This document shows positions 48,701-62,920 of a DNA stretch of 64,000 nucleotides, piece after piece (position 1 is the first letter of the stretch; every line of letters starts with the position of its first letter). The DNA is from Vicugna vicugna (Eukaryota): NCBI GenBank assembly GCA_013265495.1, contig MU058781.1, positions 8,041,009 through 8,105,008 of the forward strand, in the 5' to 3' direction. A model generated the notes under the pieces. The model ran no database searches. It was not told the origin of the DNA and worked only from the letters and a program-made list of their open reading frames with translations. Both the position numbers and the translations under genes were made by a program.

Positions 48701-51358
48701 TCTTTGTCCCAGCTCCACCCCTCATTAGCAATTTTACCCTGAGTCACTCAGTTCCCTCACCTCAGCTTAAGTGTTGTGCGTAGAGTGCACAACAAATTGT
48801 GTAGATCAAATGGGAGAAGGTATTTGGAAATACTTTATGAACATTTTATTCAAATGTCAAAGGTTATCATTCTGGGCTACCAAGAAACAAAAAATGAAGA
48901 AGATGAACATAGTCTAATAATTTTTCTGAGTACAGCTATACTAGATCTTTTATTTCCTTACTATTGCGAGTTTATGCAAGCCCACATATATGAGACTACT
49001 GTTCAAATTCCAGAGTCATCCTAAGAGCTCCCAGATGTCCAGAATTCATAGTATAAACATTAGAGAGCGATATTAAATTATACCAAGGACACAGCACTGC
49101 TCTTTACAGCAGCCCAAGGTCAAATAAACATCTATGGGGACACATGGAGATTCTTCTCTTGGAAGATTCCGAAAAGGGTTTGAGGACATAAATATACAAA
49201 ACAGAATAAGGACTCAGAATATATAAGTAGAATTATTCCACTACTTTGGAACCCAGGCTTCATCATTCAGATGATACTTAATCTTGAATTAAGTGCCACA
49301 AAAACTCTCCCATTCCTTTGTTTGCCTGTCATGCGCACTGAGTTGAGTTATGCAGGGCAAAGTGCAAGCAGGCACCAACCCATATTCCTGGGGGATGGGG
49401 CTGGACTTACTGATTTTTCTCATATTTTTCCCATGAAGATAATTTCAGGGTCTGCTTTGACCCAAATCCCCTGTTGACCTGCTTTGAGGGCTAGGTGAGA
49501 GAACTGAGGACTGAGAAGTAATGAAGGCAAAACATCTTCCTTTGTAAGAGGGAAAGAAAAAAAATAGTAGCAAAGGAAAATGGAACAGGCTTGCGAGGTA
49601 ATTAGCGATTTTCAAATGCAGCAATGGGCAAAGGAAACAAAATGTAGAACATGTATTAAAAGTCAAGCGGATGGTTTAGAAAATACAGCTGTAGGATCAC
49701 ACAGATTTTGACCATCCAAACCAAATTCAATTATCACGTCTGTGCTGCTTTTCTGTTGCCACCACTGAAAGGCTATTATTAGGTGCGCACTCTCTTTTTC
49801 ACATCTCCAAGTATTGCCTTCGTAAAACATTCCAAAAAGTAAACATTAGCTTTAGGCCATTTGATTACTGGTTTCCCAGAACGCTATGTTCTGTCCTGTT
49901 TCTCTCCATATTCCTTTAATATTAAAAATAGGAAATGACTGAAGGCAGTTGAATGGCGCTGCCTTGGAGGCTGTTCTCCCAGCCAGCCTCTCAAGCATTG
50001 TTGGGTCCCTACCCTCTACAACCCATTTCATCCTTATTACATAAACAGCCCTATGCCAAGCAGAAGGGGGAAAAAAAAAACCCAGAAACTGAACATTTCT
50101 TTTTTTCTTCTCTACCAATTATTAATTTTGTCAAAGTGTTTTTTGCTTTGTTTAACAAGGCTCCTTAGCTGTGGCTCATTTTCAGGAAGGCTCATTTTAT
50201 TTATTTATTTTTTGTACTGGATTAGCATCTGAATTGGGAGGAGGACTGGCTATGAAAGTGTCTTTGAACAGATGAGATAAACAGAACGTGGAATAAGAAG
50301 ACAGCACGTACGTGGTCCTCCGCAGGCAGGACCCAGGAAGTGATCTGGGCTGATAGAGCTATCAGTTATGTTTACCGCAGGTGGCACTTGTGTTCACAAA
50401 CTACTTCCTTCAAGCTCTGAGCTGACCCAGGGGAGATGATGTGTGATGTTGCAGTAGGAACAATTCCTGGGAGTCTCCAAGGGTAGAAAGTCAGCTAGGA
50501 AGCCAGACCTGTGTATTTCTTTGGCAGTAAAGATGGATATGAGATGAACATTGTGTTCTGCACAGGAATTTCTCCTACACTCCCCAAAAGCAACATGGAG
50601 CAAAGTTTGTCCTAGTTAGATAATCTTCCCTCATTATGTACCTTTAAAGCAAAATGTAAAGCAAGATGTGGGGGGAAAAATGGTCATCCAGATAAGCCAA
50701 GAAAGAGCATAATCCTGAAACCAAATTGATTTTCACATAAATTGAAGTAGCATTTCAGAAGACCTTAAATCATACATCACTTCATGTTCTTTCCAGGGCT
50801 TCAGTAACATTCATAAATACATTTGTACACAACTATAATTTTTGGACACAGACAACTTTGCATTGTCCTTCTGAAATGTATTATTTCACACATTTCCATG
50901 AACTGTATGTCGCCATTATCCGTGAACTTATTTGTAATACTGACATGGAACACATTCTTCCATTCATTTAATCACTCAACAAATAGTTATGAGTGCATCT
51001 GGATCCTGGAGACCTATATATAATCACAAGGTAGCTTCTGAAAGATAACACACTAGGATGGCTTTTCAATAGTCTTAAAACCAACTTCTTTATACTTTTT
51101 TGCAAACTCAGACTTCCCCATCACTAAATTGAGACTTTTTTTTCCCTAAAGAAAAAAAATGAGCATAAAGTACAAAAATCTCATTTCACTTCTCTGGGCC
51201 TTAATTTCTTCTATGTAAAATAAGAAAGGGATAAATTTGCTATCTAAGCTCCCTTCCTTCACTGGAATTTCTGTGGTCTAAGCTTAAGGAAATAATAGGA
51301 ACATGACACACATTGTGTTACCAAACACCTTACAATTGCCTTATAAGAGTCATGATGC

Positions 51359-51472
51359 GGGAAAGAGGGTATATAGCTCAGTGGTAGAGCGTGTGCCGAG
51401 CATCCATGAGGTCCATTAACAAAATAAATAAACCTAAGTACCTCCCCTTCAAAAAAAATTTTTTTAAAAAAT
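51359..51472 (+). mobile_element. tRNA-derived SINE, camelid Vic-1-like, lacking B box, 11-bp TSD
   Basis: GAGGGTATATAGCTCAGTGGTAGAGCGTGTGCCGAGCATCCATGAGGTCC-ATTAACAAAATAAATAAACCTAAGTACCTCCCC-A tail. TSD AGTCATGATGC at 51348-51358 and 51473-51483. Confidence 0.85.
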
Positions 51473-53384
51473 AGTCATGATGCTTTCTCTAATTCACTAG
51501 TGAAGTTTAAGCAGGAATGTAGACTGTATGTCTTAGAGCCCCACTAAAGTGTTTAGCTTGGAGTATTAGAAACTGAGAGCAGGAGTTCAGGAACTGGGAA
51601 TGGAGGGGAAGATAAACGGAGTGCAATCCACTTTTCTGTTTAACTCACTGTGATAAGGAAAGACCACCAAGGACGGCTTTGAGAAGACTAGAAAAATCCC
51701 ATTATGTGATTCAAAGAGAAGAGTGAAGCATATTCCCTCTTTAATAAATGTAATTTTATTTTTGTTCCGGCCACCTATTAATCCAAATTAAAAAAAAATG
51801 TTCTTGGCACTGGTGATTCCCATCTGAGCCCATTGCTATTCTGATTTCCCACTGAGATCTACAAGTGATCAAGAGCTCAGTAATTCCAAATGGTGTTTTC
51901 ACAGGACCATTTCCTTCCGTAATCTTTCTTGAAGACAGATGGACACAGTCTGCAGGACCCTGCTTACTCCAGAGAAACTGTCTTTGAAAACTTTTGACAA
52001 TCAGCAGGGTTCACGTCTGTCTCTATTTAAATGAGCTTCTCATAGTTAATATTTTTGTGACTTCCCATTAGTCGGTCAATCGTTTCTCAAGTGTGATTCG
52101 TCTTAATAAAACATTAAACACTTTATGGCACAAATATTGTTAAAATCCCAGTTTGGCTATATCCTTTTTGAAACAAATCTTCTGGAGCAAGGCACTTAAA
52201 AAAAAGGGGGTGGGGGTGGGTCGGAGAGCGGACATGGTGCTTATGATGTTTGTTTGCTGAAATCAATGTAAATGGAATAATAAGCAGACCTGAGTTACCT
52301 TAAGAATGACACACTGCCCCTTTTTACTTTCACAGATCTGTTTCTTTAATAAGCTGTCTTCTGATCTGGCTTAGAGGATTTTATTTTATGGACTACTCAT
52401 TTAAAAGATATAGTAAATCTAGTCTACCTGACGTTTTATTGACCAGAATTATCTAGTAAATGGCACTTCTCAGTTTACCAGCAAAATGACAGGTGATGCA
52501 ATGATGAGAGAGAGACCAGTGGGCGGTAGGCAGAGAGTCACATGGCAACCAAAATGGTTGCTCTGCGTCAGGAAGCATCAGAAAATGACACTCGTTAAAG
52601 AGGAGAAAACTCTTTATTGTAGGACTTCAGACTGTGATTCTGGGGCATTTTAATACTGGAATTAAGGGGCCCCTTTAAATGTTATTAGGAAGTGAAAATT
52701 TACTCAGTGGACACTTGAAATGATAACCTATTTGAAAGAACAGCCCCACAGGTTGACGTGCGATGAGGAATTGCCCTGGCAAAGGACCTGAGAGGTAGGC
52801 ATGGCTCTAAAAGGAATCTAGGAAAGAAGAATTGGAGAGTTAGAAATTTTTAATTGCTTCTTTTCCCGCGCAAAGATTAAGCTCGGTGGAATGCTGAAAG
52901 TGTGATGTGTACCGGGTACGTGTGGGTAATTTAGTCAGTCACCACCACTCCATGGAAATGGCCTAGTGATCACTCATCCCTGTGTCCATAAACCAGCCAG
53001 AGAATCTTAATTTGGCTTCCTCACAAAAGAAGGGAATAGATTGACTGAGCCAGGCAAATAGGTCTTCAATTTGGTGGTAAATTCTGACTCATTATATATA
53101 AATTAGTATATTGACATTCAGATACGGATTGACCATGCGCCAGTTGGATGACCACTGAGTGAGGCAGGGACTTACATCCCAATTTCTATTATGCAGTGAG
53201 GTCCAGCTTAAACTAATGTTAACTTCCTAACAGAATTACAGTGATGCCAACACAGTACTGCAAGTCTCCACATTCATTATCCAAGAAAGATTCAATCATG
53301 TTAAACAAAAGTTAGGTTATATTTTAATTCCTTGAAAAGCACGATTAAAATAATAATACTAGTACCTAACAGTTATTGTCAGTC

Positions 53385-53610
53385 ATTACTATAATTATTG
53401 CTCAGTGCCATGCACTCTTTTAAGCTTTTTTTGTCTGTTATTTTTTTTTAAACCTCACCATATCCCTAAGAGTATCCCCACTTTACAGATCAGACAATGG
53501 AGGCCCAAAGAGGGTTAAATAATTTGCCACGATCACACAACTAGTAAAAGGCATAGTCAAGATTTGAACCCTGGCACGTAAGGCCATCGGTCCATGTTCT
53601 TAAATCTCTA
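53385..53610 (-). mobile_element. MIR SINE
   Basis: ATCCCCACTTTACAGATCAGACAATGGAGGCCCAAAGAGGGTTAAATAATTTGCC...CACACAACTAGTAA...GATTTGAACCC. Confidence 0.88.
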
Positions 53611-55319
53611 GACAAAGCTCTCTATTAAATAACTGTTTCATTGAGTAGCCTACACCATTTTCCAGCCAAGCCAGACAAAAGTTTTATTAAGTTAAATAAG
53701 ACTTTCCCATTCATAATAGCCTTCCTTAGCATTTCTTCACCCTGTTTTGACTTCGGTATTTAGAAATAATTTTTTTTTCATGACTCCGATGTTGTGTGAG
53801 GTCAGAGTTTTCACATGTGGTACAAAAACTCTTTCCCAGACCAGCCCCTTGACTTGCAACCACAAGTTTACTGTGCGTAATTAAATACTCCGCAGTACAG
53901 AGATTATGTCTGGGCCAGAGAAAGCAGGGGAAGGGCGGAACCCGGCTGCAATTTTTGTTTGTTTTTTAGTGTGGATACCAAAGACTACACTTCCGGCAAC
54001 TTTCACTTCTTACATCGTTTTTCTCCTTTGCCACGTATTGACCCTGGGGGTATTAAACAAAAACTTTTCTTTCTTGCTGTTCTTGAAGCAAACACACAAT
54101 TAAAACACAGGTGTGTTTGTCTCACTGGAATCCTTGCCATGGAAATTCTAGGATATTACCCAGGGAGAGTATCGTAACGTCACTGTGTCACTGAACAAGA
54201 GAGATGGGGAGCTCTATAGAAAGGCACTAATCTCAGAGCGTGACTTTAACAAAGCATTCTGCATGGCTTGTGAGGGGCCCCTGCACTGCAGTGTGTGAAG
54301 CAGGTGCTCCTACCACAGGCGCTGCCTAAGGGGGCAGACATTTCCAGTGGGGTGAACTGAGGTAAGGTAATCAGGCCAAGTCAAGACAGTGGAGACCCCA
54401 GTTTGTTTCTAACTGGCATAACTCAAGGGTTTAGGCAGTAGTAGCACCAGGTTGGTGAGGCAGGGATAGGGGCAGGAGACCAGCTGGCCTTCAAGGGATT
54501 GGACATCTTCCACAGTGAACTCTTTATTCAATCACTTACGTGTTCACAAAAACATTTTTATTGAAGGCCAACTATGTTCCAAGCACTGAACCACAGGAGC
54601 TATCCCATACTCTCAGCAAACATGTAGCCTAGCTCAGGAACTAGGTTGACCAGATACCAAATTCCAAACAGAAGGTCTACCTGGGAGAGATGGGAAAAGA
54701 GTGACAGTAATCTGGACAAAGCGAACAGAGTGGGGTGGAAAGAGGTCAGAACATGTCCAGTCTAGGATCTGTGTTTGCAGGAGCATCTGCAAAGACAAGA
54801 AGACCACTGGCAAGGCACAGAGTCTGAGGTCAAAAATAGGCTTAAAATAGCTAGCATGTCTCTTCACAGGAGAAGCTGATCCTAAAACAACAGGCCCTGT
54901 GCTATCAGCCCAGACTCAACTTGCCACTGCGAGGCAGTCAAGGCTCCACAAACCTCGAGCCTAGACTAAAGATGGACCCACACTTGCAGGTACACTGCCT
55001 CCTGATTCAGGGGCAGGGGCGTTGGGGCTGGCAGGCAGTACTGATGATGCATTTGAAATGCATTCAGTTAAAATAAGCTTGCATTCTTCGAGCGTACACC
55101 AAGTCATGGCAGAGAAACATCGTCCAAATGAATGCTGCCTGATGAGATAAACAGACAAATTAACACATCTAACATTCAGCTAGTAATGAATTAATAAAAT
55201 ATTAAAGGTCATTGATGCCAGACACAAATTCATTTTCATATATGAAAGATAGAGATACACTTACATGTATACATGATATATGGAAAGACATACAAAGATA
55301 GGGATATATAACCTCCAAA

Positions 55320-55548
55320 TAGTTTTGGTTTCTACTCTGAGCTTGGCAACTCTTCCTGGCATGTGACCAACCATAGAAAGCTATGTAACTTCTCAACTGA
55401 ATTTTTGCCCATTTTACAGATAAAGCTATTTTTTAAAAAGTAACGTTAACTTGCCCATCAAAGATTTGCTGAGAGGATTACATAGTTGCCTATGTTAAGC
55501 AAGTAGCATGATGCTTGGCACATAGTAAGTGCTCAATAAATGCAAGTC
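55320..55548 (+). mobile_element. MIR SINE
   Basis: TTGGCACATAGTAAGTGCTCAATAAATG 3' end with a degenerate core upstream. Confidence 0.65.
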
Positions 55549-58500
55549 ATCTTTCTAATTACTCAGTCCTCTCAGCCAGTAACGATGAACCTGGAGAGGG
55601 TTAGCCATCCAGGCAGGATCCTCGATCTCGAACTTTGCAGTTTATTAGGAAATGCAAAATCCATCTCGGAAGCAGATAGAGGACTTTGCTTAGCCCTGGG
55701 CTCTTTCTGCATCCGTGAGGCAGCTCTAAGGAAGAGGCTAAGTGCAGGTGTCACTTGGGGATCTGTGGGAAGCATGTGGATTGCTATGCTCATCTGGCAG
55801 TGGCAGTGAATTCTAGGACTGACAATACATACCCAGGTAGATGGTATTAAACTGAGCGCTTGAATTATCCTGATACAAGAGACTGGGTGCAGGAATATCT
55901 CATATCCTATCGTAGGTGCTTCTTGGATTTCCATCCTCACCTTAGCTGAACTGTATGGAAAATGATCTGATACCTGTGAGGTGAAGGCCAGCTAGGTAGA
56001 GAGCAGAGTGGCTGCAAATAAGAATCTCAGCCCAGGTGTTGAGCAGGGGGGTCTACAAAAAAGCATGAACCCAGGATTCAGGGCTTTTACTGTCAGAATC
56101 TTTTTTTCCCCTGAGGTTTGTTGCATTTACCCCTACTTCCTGGCTTTATTTCCCTGTGAAATAACATGGAATAGTTATCTCACCGTTGTTCAGGCTGCAC
56201 ATCCATCCTCCTAAGCTGGAATGTCAGGCATTCTCCGTGTTCTTCCTTGCAGAGTGCAAACCCACTGCCCTCTATAGTAATCTCTTTATTTCCTCCCATT
56301 GTGCTCATCAGAAACGCTTAGCTGGGCTCAGATGCTGAATTAATAAATTAGAAATGCCTGTTACCAAAGATTTGGAGGCTTTGACAAGTGACTTAGTTGA
56401 TCACAAATGCAAGGTTGTGTTAGGGAGAACCTGTGTTTTCAGGATATAGATGGTAGATCAGCCCTGAATTTAAAAAATAAACAGGCAAGTTTGATGAGCC
56501 GAAATTCATGGCAGAGCTTCTTAATATTTCCTGAGGTTCTAATCAAAGGAGCATCTTAACTGGTCCCAGAGGGAAATGGAAGATGAAAGGCACTGACACT
56601 GATGCCCACTGTACCTTGCCTCATCACAACTTTTTTTTTCCCCCTCCTTCCTTTTGCCTATTTCTAAAAATATCTGGGCAGGTAAGAATTAGTGGTAGGA
56701 TGTTACTTAGTCAAAAACAAAAACCTGCTGCATAATGTACCATATCTTTAAAATTTTTAGCATCTATTAAATTAAAATCAAGGAAATTGACATAGATAGG
56801 ATGAAAGAAGATACAGCACCTCTAGCTTATGCCAACTAAAAATAAGAATTATTAATGAAGCTCGGCTTTCTTCTGCTGTGCACATTAATTATTTATGATA
56901 ATAATACTCTACACTGCCATATTAAAGAATTTTCTTCACCCAGCCTCCCAGAAAACTGTATCTTCTTGGGGGAGAAAAAAAACAGAATCTCAACATGTTA
57001 AGCCCACAAAAGAATACATTCCTCTCGGTGTATTTATTATACAGGAAGATGAATATAGTCTTGGGTTATTAAACTGGAATGAAAAACACATCTTATTAGA
57101 ACTTACATGGTGATTTTTATTCTCACTAGTTTCATATAAACTTAATGATGCAGACTGCATTTTTATGCTCATCTATTTTAAAATGGTGCCTGGAGCAAAA
57201 AAAGCTTCCATTAATGCCAGTTTGGTATTTCAAATACAATTTGATGTAATTTACTTCAAATATATGTGAACAGAGAAGGATAATGCCAAGTGTATTTTCT
57301 AGATTCAAATGTGAGTTAGCTCATGGCAATGATTTGTTAACCCTAAGTTTTATGCAAAAAAAAAAAACACAACATTTCTTTGGGTTACAAAATTTTTTAA
57401 AAAGAGGAAAGAAAAAAAGAATGCATTTCTGTTAGTTTTGGGGCTGGGGGAGGAAAAACGGTGGGTTTTATGATAAAAGACTAGCTTTCACTTTATTCCA
57501 GGTTTTAATATTTATTAACTATAAATGAATAATATGTATTTCTCTCCAGTAGTATGGTGAACTATCTAAACCCATTGTTTTCTTACATTCATATAATGTA
57601 GCATTGCATTCATGGGTATGTCACCATAAAATCATGCAGTTTAGAGAGGTTTGGTATATTTTAAGCTTGGCAAATAGATGTTAAATAAGTGCTTAGATTT
57701 CCCAATCTTTACATTTTTCTGTCAATGATTTTTAGAACTGTATTTTATAGGAAGTTTAAAAAAAACTTAAAAAAATATTATTACCCTAACAATTACTTCT
57801 AGAAATAAGACTGATTTTTTTGTGTGAATCTCAAGAGGGGAGTCCATGTCCGCTTCTCCTTTTTTCTTGTGATCCGTGTGTTTTCACATCTGTCCTCTGC
57901 TGCTCAGGGTCGACGCTGGGTCCACCTCCATGTGATGGGTGGCTGGTGCATCTGCTGTAGACGCCAAGGAGTCTCGAAGCCCCACTGCTGTCCAGGGTTC
58001 CTCCCAGACAGCAACACTCTCTGATAAGATTACAGGGCCTTGGTTAATCTGAAGGACCGAATCTTCTGTGGTGGTGTCTCAAAAACAAACAGTGGGCCTT
58101 GCTGTTCCATCTTTACACTGCTTCCTGTTTGAAATTGATTTTTAAAGGACCAAGCAGTCATTGCTTCTGAGTCCCAAAACGTCCCTTCCATGAAACACGA
58201 TGTACTGAAAGGAGATGTCCCCAGGATTAGAATCTCTATTTTTCACATCCCTGTGACAAACAGAAATTGAGTCTCTCTAAGCTTTGGGTGCATTTTCCCT
58301 TTCCTGTTGCTTGGGAGGGGTAGGGCTCGGGGCAAGAGACCTGCCAGGCCTGCGATGGGTATGGGATGTGAATAGCTACCCTGGCCCCTCCCTTCCTGAT
58401 TTTGGCCGAGAGGCAGCCTTGCGGTGAAGTGGCAGGGGTTGCTAGGGGAAGAGGAAAAGCACCCCGCTTCTCCCCAGGCTGCTGAGTGAATGACAGGAGG

Positions 58501-60289
58501 AGAGGGACCTTCTAGGGGGAAAGAAACCCAGACAATTCTGGAGGCTTCTCTCTCACTGTCTCTGAAACACAGCCCCTGGCACTCGGGGTGTTTCCCAGGC
58601 CATTACCACCTGTGACGAATCTCTCTGAGAGCAGGGTCTCATCTTCTAACGGGTGGGAGACTGGGAGGGAGAAAGACCTTGATTCCTAACACCGCCTGCC
58701 ACTAGCTTCACGGTGCCTGGGTTTACCCCAGGCTGGAGGTGGGGGTGGGAGTGGAAGAGAGGCTTCGACAGAGAGAAAGAGAAGCAGAAAGTGCTGGGCT
58801 TCACATCTCCTAAGTGTGTCGGGAACCAGGAAATGTTTTTCCCTTGCTTCCACTAATATCAACAGTTCTTAAGGAAACTAAATCAGCCTACATTTAGGAA
58901 GAGCCGTCTGTTTCCAGGAGTCCTGCTGTGTGTGTCTGTGCCAACGCCCACCTCCCTCAGATGTGCGGTGGTCTCTGCTGACCCCTTTGTCTTGGATAGA
59001 GAGAAATAACAGTTTTCTTAAAGTGCTGCAAAAATCTGAAGAATTACTTAAGGCCTTTTTAAAAAAAAGCTACACTGTTTTCACCTTCAAACTAGAAACT
59101 AAAAATGATCAGCAACATGTGTCCAAAATCTGGGTCTTAGTCTGAGCCCAGTAAGGAACCAATCTAGAAGGATTCAGGGATATGGCAGGAATGTTCCCAC
59201 ATCCTCATTCACCTGCCTTTCTTCCCATTGGCTGGAAGATGAGGAAACTGAGGCTCTGCCAGTTCAACGAAGTACCTTTCAAAGTCTAAGAGGCACTTTT
59301 CTTGTTGCAGCCCAGGACACACGCACACCAAACACACAACTGAAACATGTGAAACTGAAAACAGTACTTACCCTTTCCATGGATAGGAACAGGTTGCTAT
59401 TTTTTAATTTTATTCCATTCCAATTTGAAGAACTAAAACGAAGAACTGAATGATTGGACATCCCACTGCTGGGTCATAGGCTTGGTTTGAAAACCATGGG
59501 ACCGAAAGGACCACACCCAAGTCCTGAAGTGCTTTAGGATTTTCCGGAGTCCGAGTCCTGTGTTCAAGTCCCTATAATTGGGAAGGAAAGGTCACTGACT
59601 GACTGACAAACGTACCCATGAGAGAGGAAATTGTCTTTCTTTGTCTACTTTGTGCAGGGAAGGGGAAAGATAGCATGGAAGGAGATAGAAACAAAAAGCC
59701 AGCTAACTGTTACGGATGAGGCACAGTCAGGAATTGGGATTGGAAAAAAAAAATGGAAAGAGGAGACTGAGGCTGGAGCCTGAGGAGAAGGGTGTCTAAA
59801 GGACCTTTAAGAACAGGAATGTTCCGGGTCTATTTTACATCGTTTGCCGTATTTCAAGGTAACCCTTTCCAAGTGCTTGAACCGTATAATCTGATACATT
59901 TGAATAGCCCTTGTGCTAGAGGGAAAATGAAGACCTCAGTTGTTAAACGAAATGCGAGCTCTCCCTCATGCACCCTCTGCAGACCCTGGTGACTGAGGGG
60001 CCAACGTCCAGCTCTTCTAGAAAGTGACCACTGGCCACATAAGGAGCTGGCTGTGTTCAGGAGGAGAGTGCCACTTCAGTTATTCTGAGGCCTTGGCAAG
60101 CATGCTGATGTTTCTTAGTGGGAACTCTCGCATACATTTGTTTGAGTAATTAAGGGTTTATGTGTTTTATTTTATTCTTTATGTGGTTACCATACATCAT
60201 AAATCAAAAGCTCCTGTCTTTGACCCAACTGAAACATTCTTTATTTCAACAAATGTCTTTTTTTTTTTGCATTTTGATATCAAGCAAGT

Positions 60290-61530
60290 TATTTTTCTTT
60301 TATTTCTTTTATTTCATTGAGCTGTAATTGACATATAACATTGTATGGGTTGAAGGTGTACAATGTGATGATTTGATATACATATATACTGTGAAATGAT
60401 TGCACAATAAGGTTAGTTAACTCATCCGTCACTTCACATAGTTATAGTGTTTGGTATGTGTGTGTGGTGAGAATCTTCAAGATCTCCTCTCTTAGCAGCA
60501 TGTAGGTGTATAATACAGTATTGTTAACTGTAGTCACCATGCTGTACATTACATCTCTAGAACTTGTTCATCTTACAACTGGAAGTTGGTACCCTTTGAC
60601 CACGTTCACCTAGTTCCCTCATTCCCCCACCCCCACCTTATGCCTCTGGCAACCACCAATCTATTCTGTTTATCTGTTTCTATGAGTTTTTTTTTTCAGA
60701 CTTCATATATAAGTGAGATCATACAGTATTTGTCGTTCTCTGTCAGATTGACTTCACTTAGCATAATACCCTCAAGTTTCATAGAGGTTGTTGCAAATGG
60801 AAAGATTTCCTCTTTTTTTTTTAATGGCTGGATAATACCTAATTGTGTATTATAATACTCCATTGCATACACGTATCGCATTTTCTTTATCCAGTCATCT
60901 GTCAATGGACGCTTAGGCGGTTTCTGTATCTTGGCTATTGTAAATAATGCTGAGTAAACATGGGGGTGTAGATAGTGATTTCATTTCCTTCAGATATAAA
61001 CCTTGAAGTGAGGTTGCTGGATCATATGGTAGTTGTATTTTTAATTTTTTAAGGAATCTTCATATTGTTTTCCATAGTGGCTGCACTAATTTGCATTCCC
61101 ACCAACCGTGCACGAGGGTTTCCTTGTCTCCACACCTTCTCCAGCACTTGTTATCATTTGTCTTTTTTCATAATTGCCTTTCTAAGAGGCGTGAGGTGAT
61201 CCCTCATTGTGGTTTTGATTTGTATTTCCCTGATAATTAGTAATGTTGAGCAACTTTTCATGTACCTATTGTTGGCCATTTGGATATCTTCTTTGGAAAA
61301 ATATCTGTTCAGGTCCTTAGCCCATTTTAAATTGGATCATTTGTTATTTTTCTATTGAGTTATATGGCATCCTTATATATTTTGAGTATTAACTGTATTA
61401 CCAGATACAAGATTTTTCTTCCATTCTGTAGATTGACTTTCCATTATGTTGATTCTTTCTTTTCCTGTGAGAAGCTTTTTAGTTTGATGTACTTCTGCTT
61501 GATTATTTTTTGCTTTTTTTATCCTTGCTT
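60290..61530 (-). mobile_element. L1 (L1MA9-like) 3' UTR plus ORF2 C-terminus, 5'-truncated
   Basis: ORF-track peptide DDWIKKMRYVYAMEYY...IFPFATTSMKLEGIMLSEV...DKYCMISLI. 3'UTR TAATTGACATATAACATTG...GTTAACTGTAGTCACCATGCTGTACATT. T-rich tail. Confidence 0.92.
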
Positions 61531-61534
61531 TTTC

Positions 61535-62330
61535 AGGAAATATGTATGGAGCACGTCTTGGCTATTGGGCACTATTCTAGGGGCAGCAGATATAAACAAA
61601 GTCTAGTTTGTACACTTAATGATGATTGTATTCTAGCAGAAAAGATATGTCTAAATATCTAAACTACTAAAAAGTGATAATTGCCATGAACATTGCACTG
61701 TGAAGATTTTCAAAGAAGAACAGGTTATTTCTCAGCTTTGATACCAGAAGAGATTTTGTAAAGGACTGGAGACATTAGAGTTGAAAGGTATTTGACATTC
61801 AAAGACTAAAAGGTAACAGAGAATCCAGCATTGGTAAAGGGATTAGAGCAAAAACATGAAATCAGTGTGATGAGATGTAAAGTTACTTTTTCACCTTTGT
61901 TACACCAATGCCTGGCAAAAAAGAAAGGGGGTGGTAGGTCTCAATAAATTACTTTTGAATGAATTAATGAACAAAAGTTTGGAACCTGGCCTTAGGATAT
62001 CATTCATGGCAGACTTGAGTGCTCTGACTTTATCCTGTAGATTTTTGGTACAGAACAGAACCAGAGCCTTGCTTTAAGAAGATGAATTAGGCAGCCTTGG
62101 GAAGGAAAGAGGAAGAATTAGGGAGGTGAAGCCTAGCATAACAGTTCACTAGATTTTTACCAGGGTCAAAACAATAGGGAGAGATGGGTAAGGGATAAAT
62201 TAAAAATATATTTTAGAGGCAGAATTATCACACATTGTAAGTACCTAGACGTGAGGAGCAAGTAAAAGAAAGAAAGTCTTAGACTTTGTGCTTAGGTGAC
62301 TGTTAAAAAGGAAATGTCCCTTGGAGAAGT
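61535..62330 (-). mobile_element. Degraded L2
   Basis: AAATATGTATGGAGCAC...GGGCACTATTCTAGGG and GACTTTATCCTGTAG...TTTAAGAAGAT L2-like blocks. Confidence 0.55.
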
Positions 62331-62814
62331 GAGTTTGCTAGTTTAGATGTCATACATGGCATATGGTTGTGCATGTTCATAGCAATAGAGAATGCTAAAG
62401 TCCTTCAGCACTGTGTCTCTTTAAATGTATTCTTCTTCCTGTATTTACTTCTGATTAATTAGCTGTGGGGAAAACAACTTTGAACTGTCCCCCCAGGAGA
62501 AAGGGATAGGTTTACATTGATTTATCCCAATAATTCCTATATACTTCTCTATTCAAAGAAACTCGAATTAGGGGTTTATCTGAGCCTATCAATAAACAGG
62601 GTTAGTTGGCCCACATAGAGGAAGAACTCTAAACCCTAACTTCTGCGTCTGCAAATCGACAAGCCACAGTCTACTGTTAAGATTCTAAAACAAATGAAAG
62701 AAAAGCGAAAAAGTTACTGAAACTTACTGAATCCGATCTAAATTGTTAACTAGTTATTTCACCTAGTTTGATAGAGTTTTCTTTCACTGATGATTTGGCC
62801 TCCCAACTCTGATC

Positions 62815-62920
62815 TCTCATCAGAATTATCTGGAGAGATTTTTAGAACTGCAGATTCCGGGGCACCACTCTCGGGAGTTCTGATTCATTAGGTCCACAGT
62901 AGAGCCCAGGAATCTGAGAG
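62815..62920. mobile_element. MER5-type DNA transposon fragment
   Basis: CATCAGAATTATCTGGAGAG...GCAGATTCC...GTTCTGATTCATTAGGTC...GCCCAGGAATCTG. Confidence 0.7.

Noticed and set aside
60696..60905. ORF with protein-like sequence
   Set aside because: Decayed L1 ORF2 C-terminal region, not a host gene.
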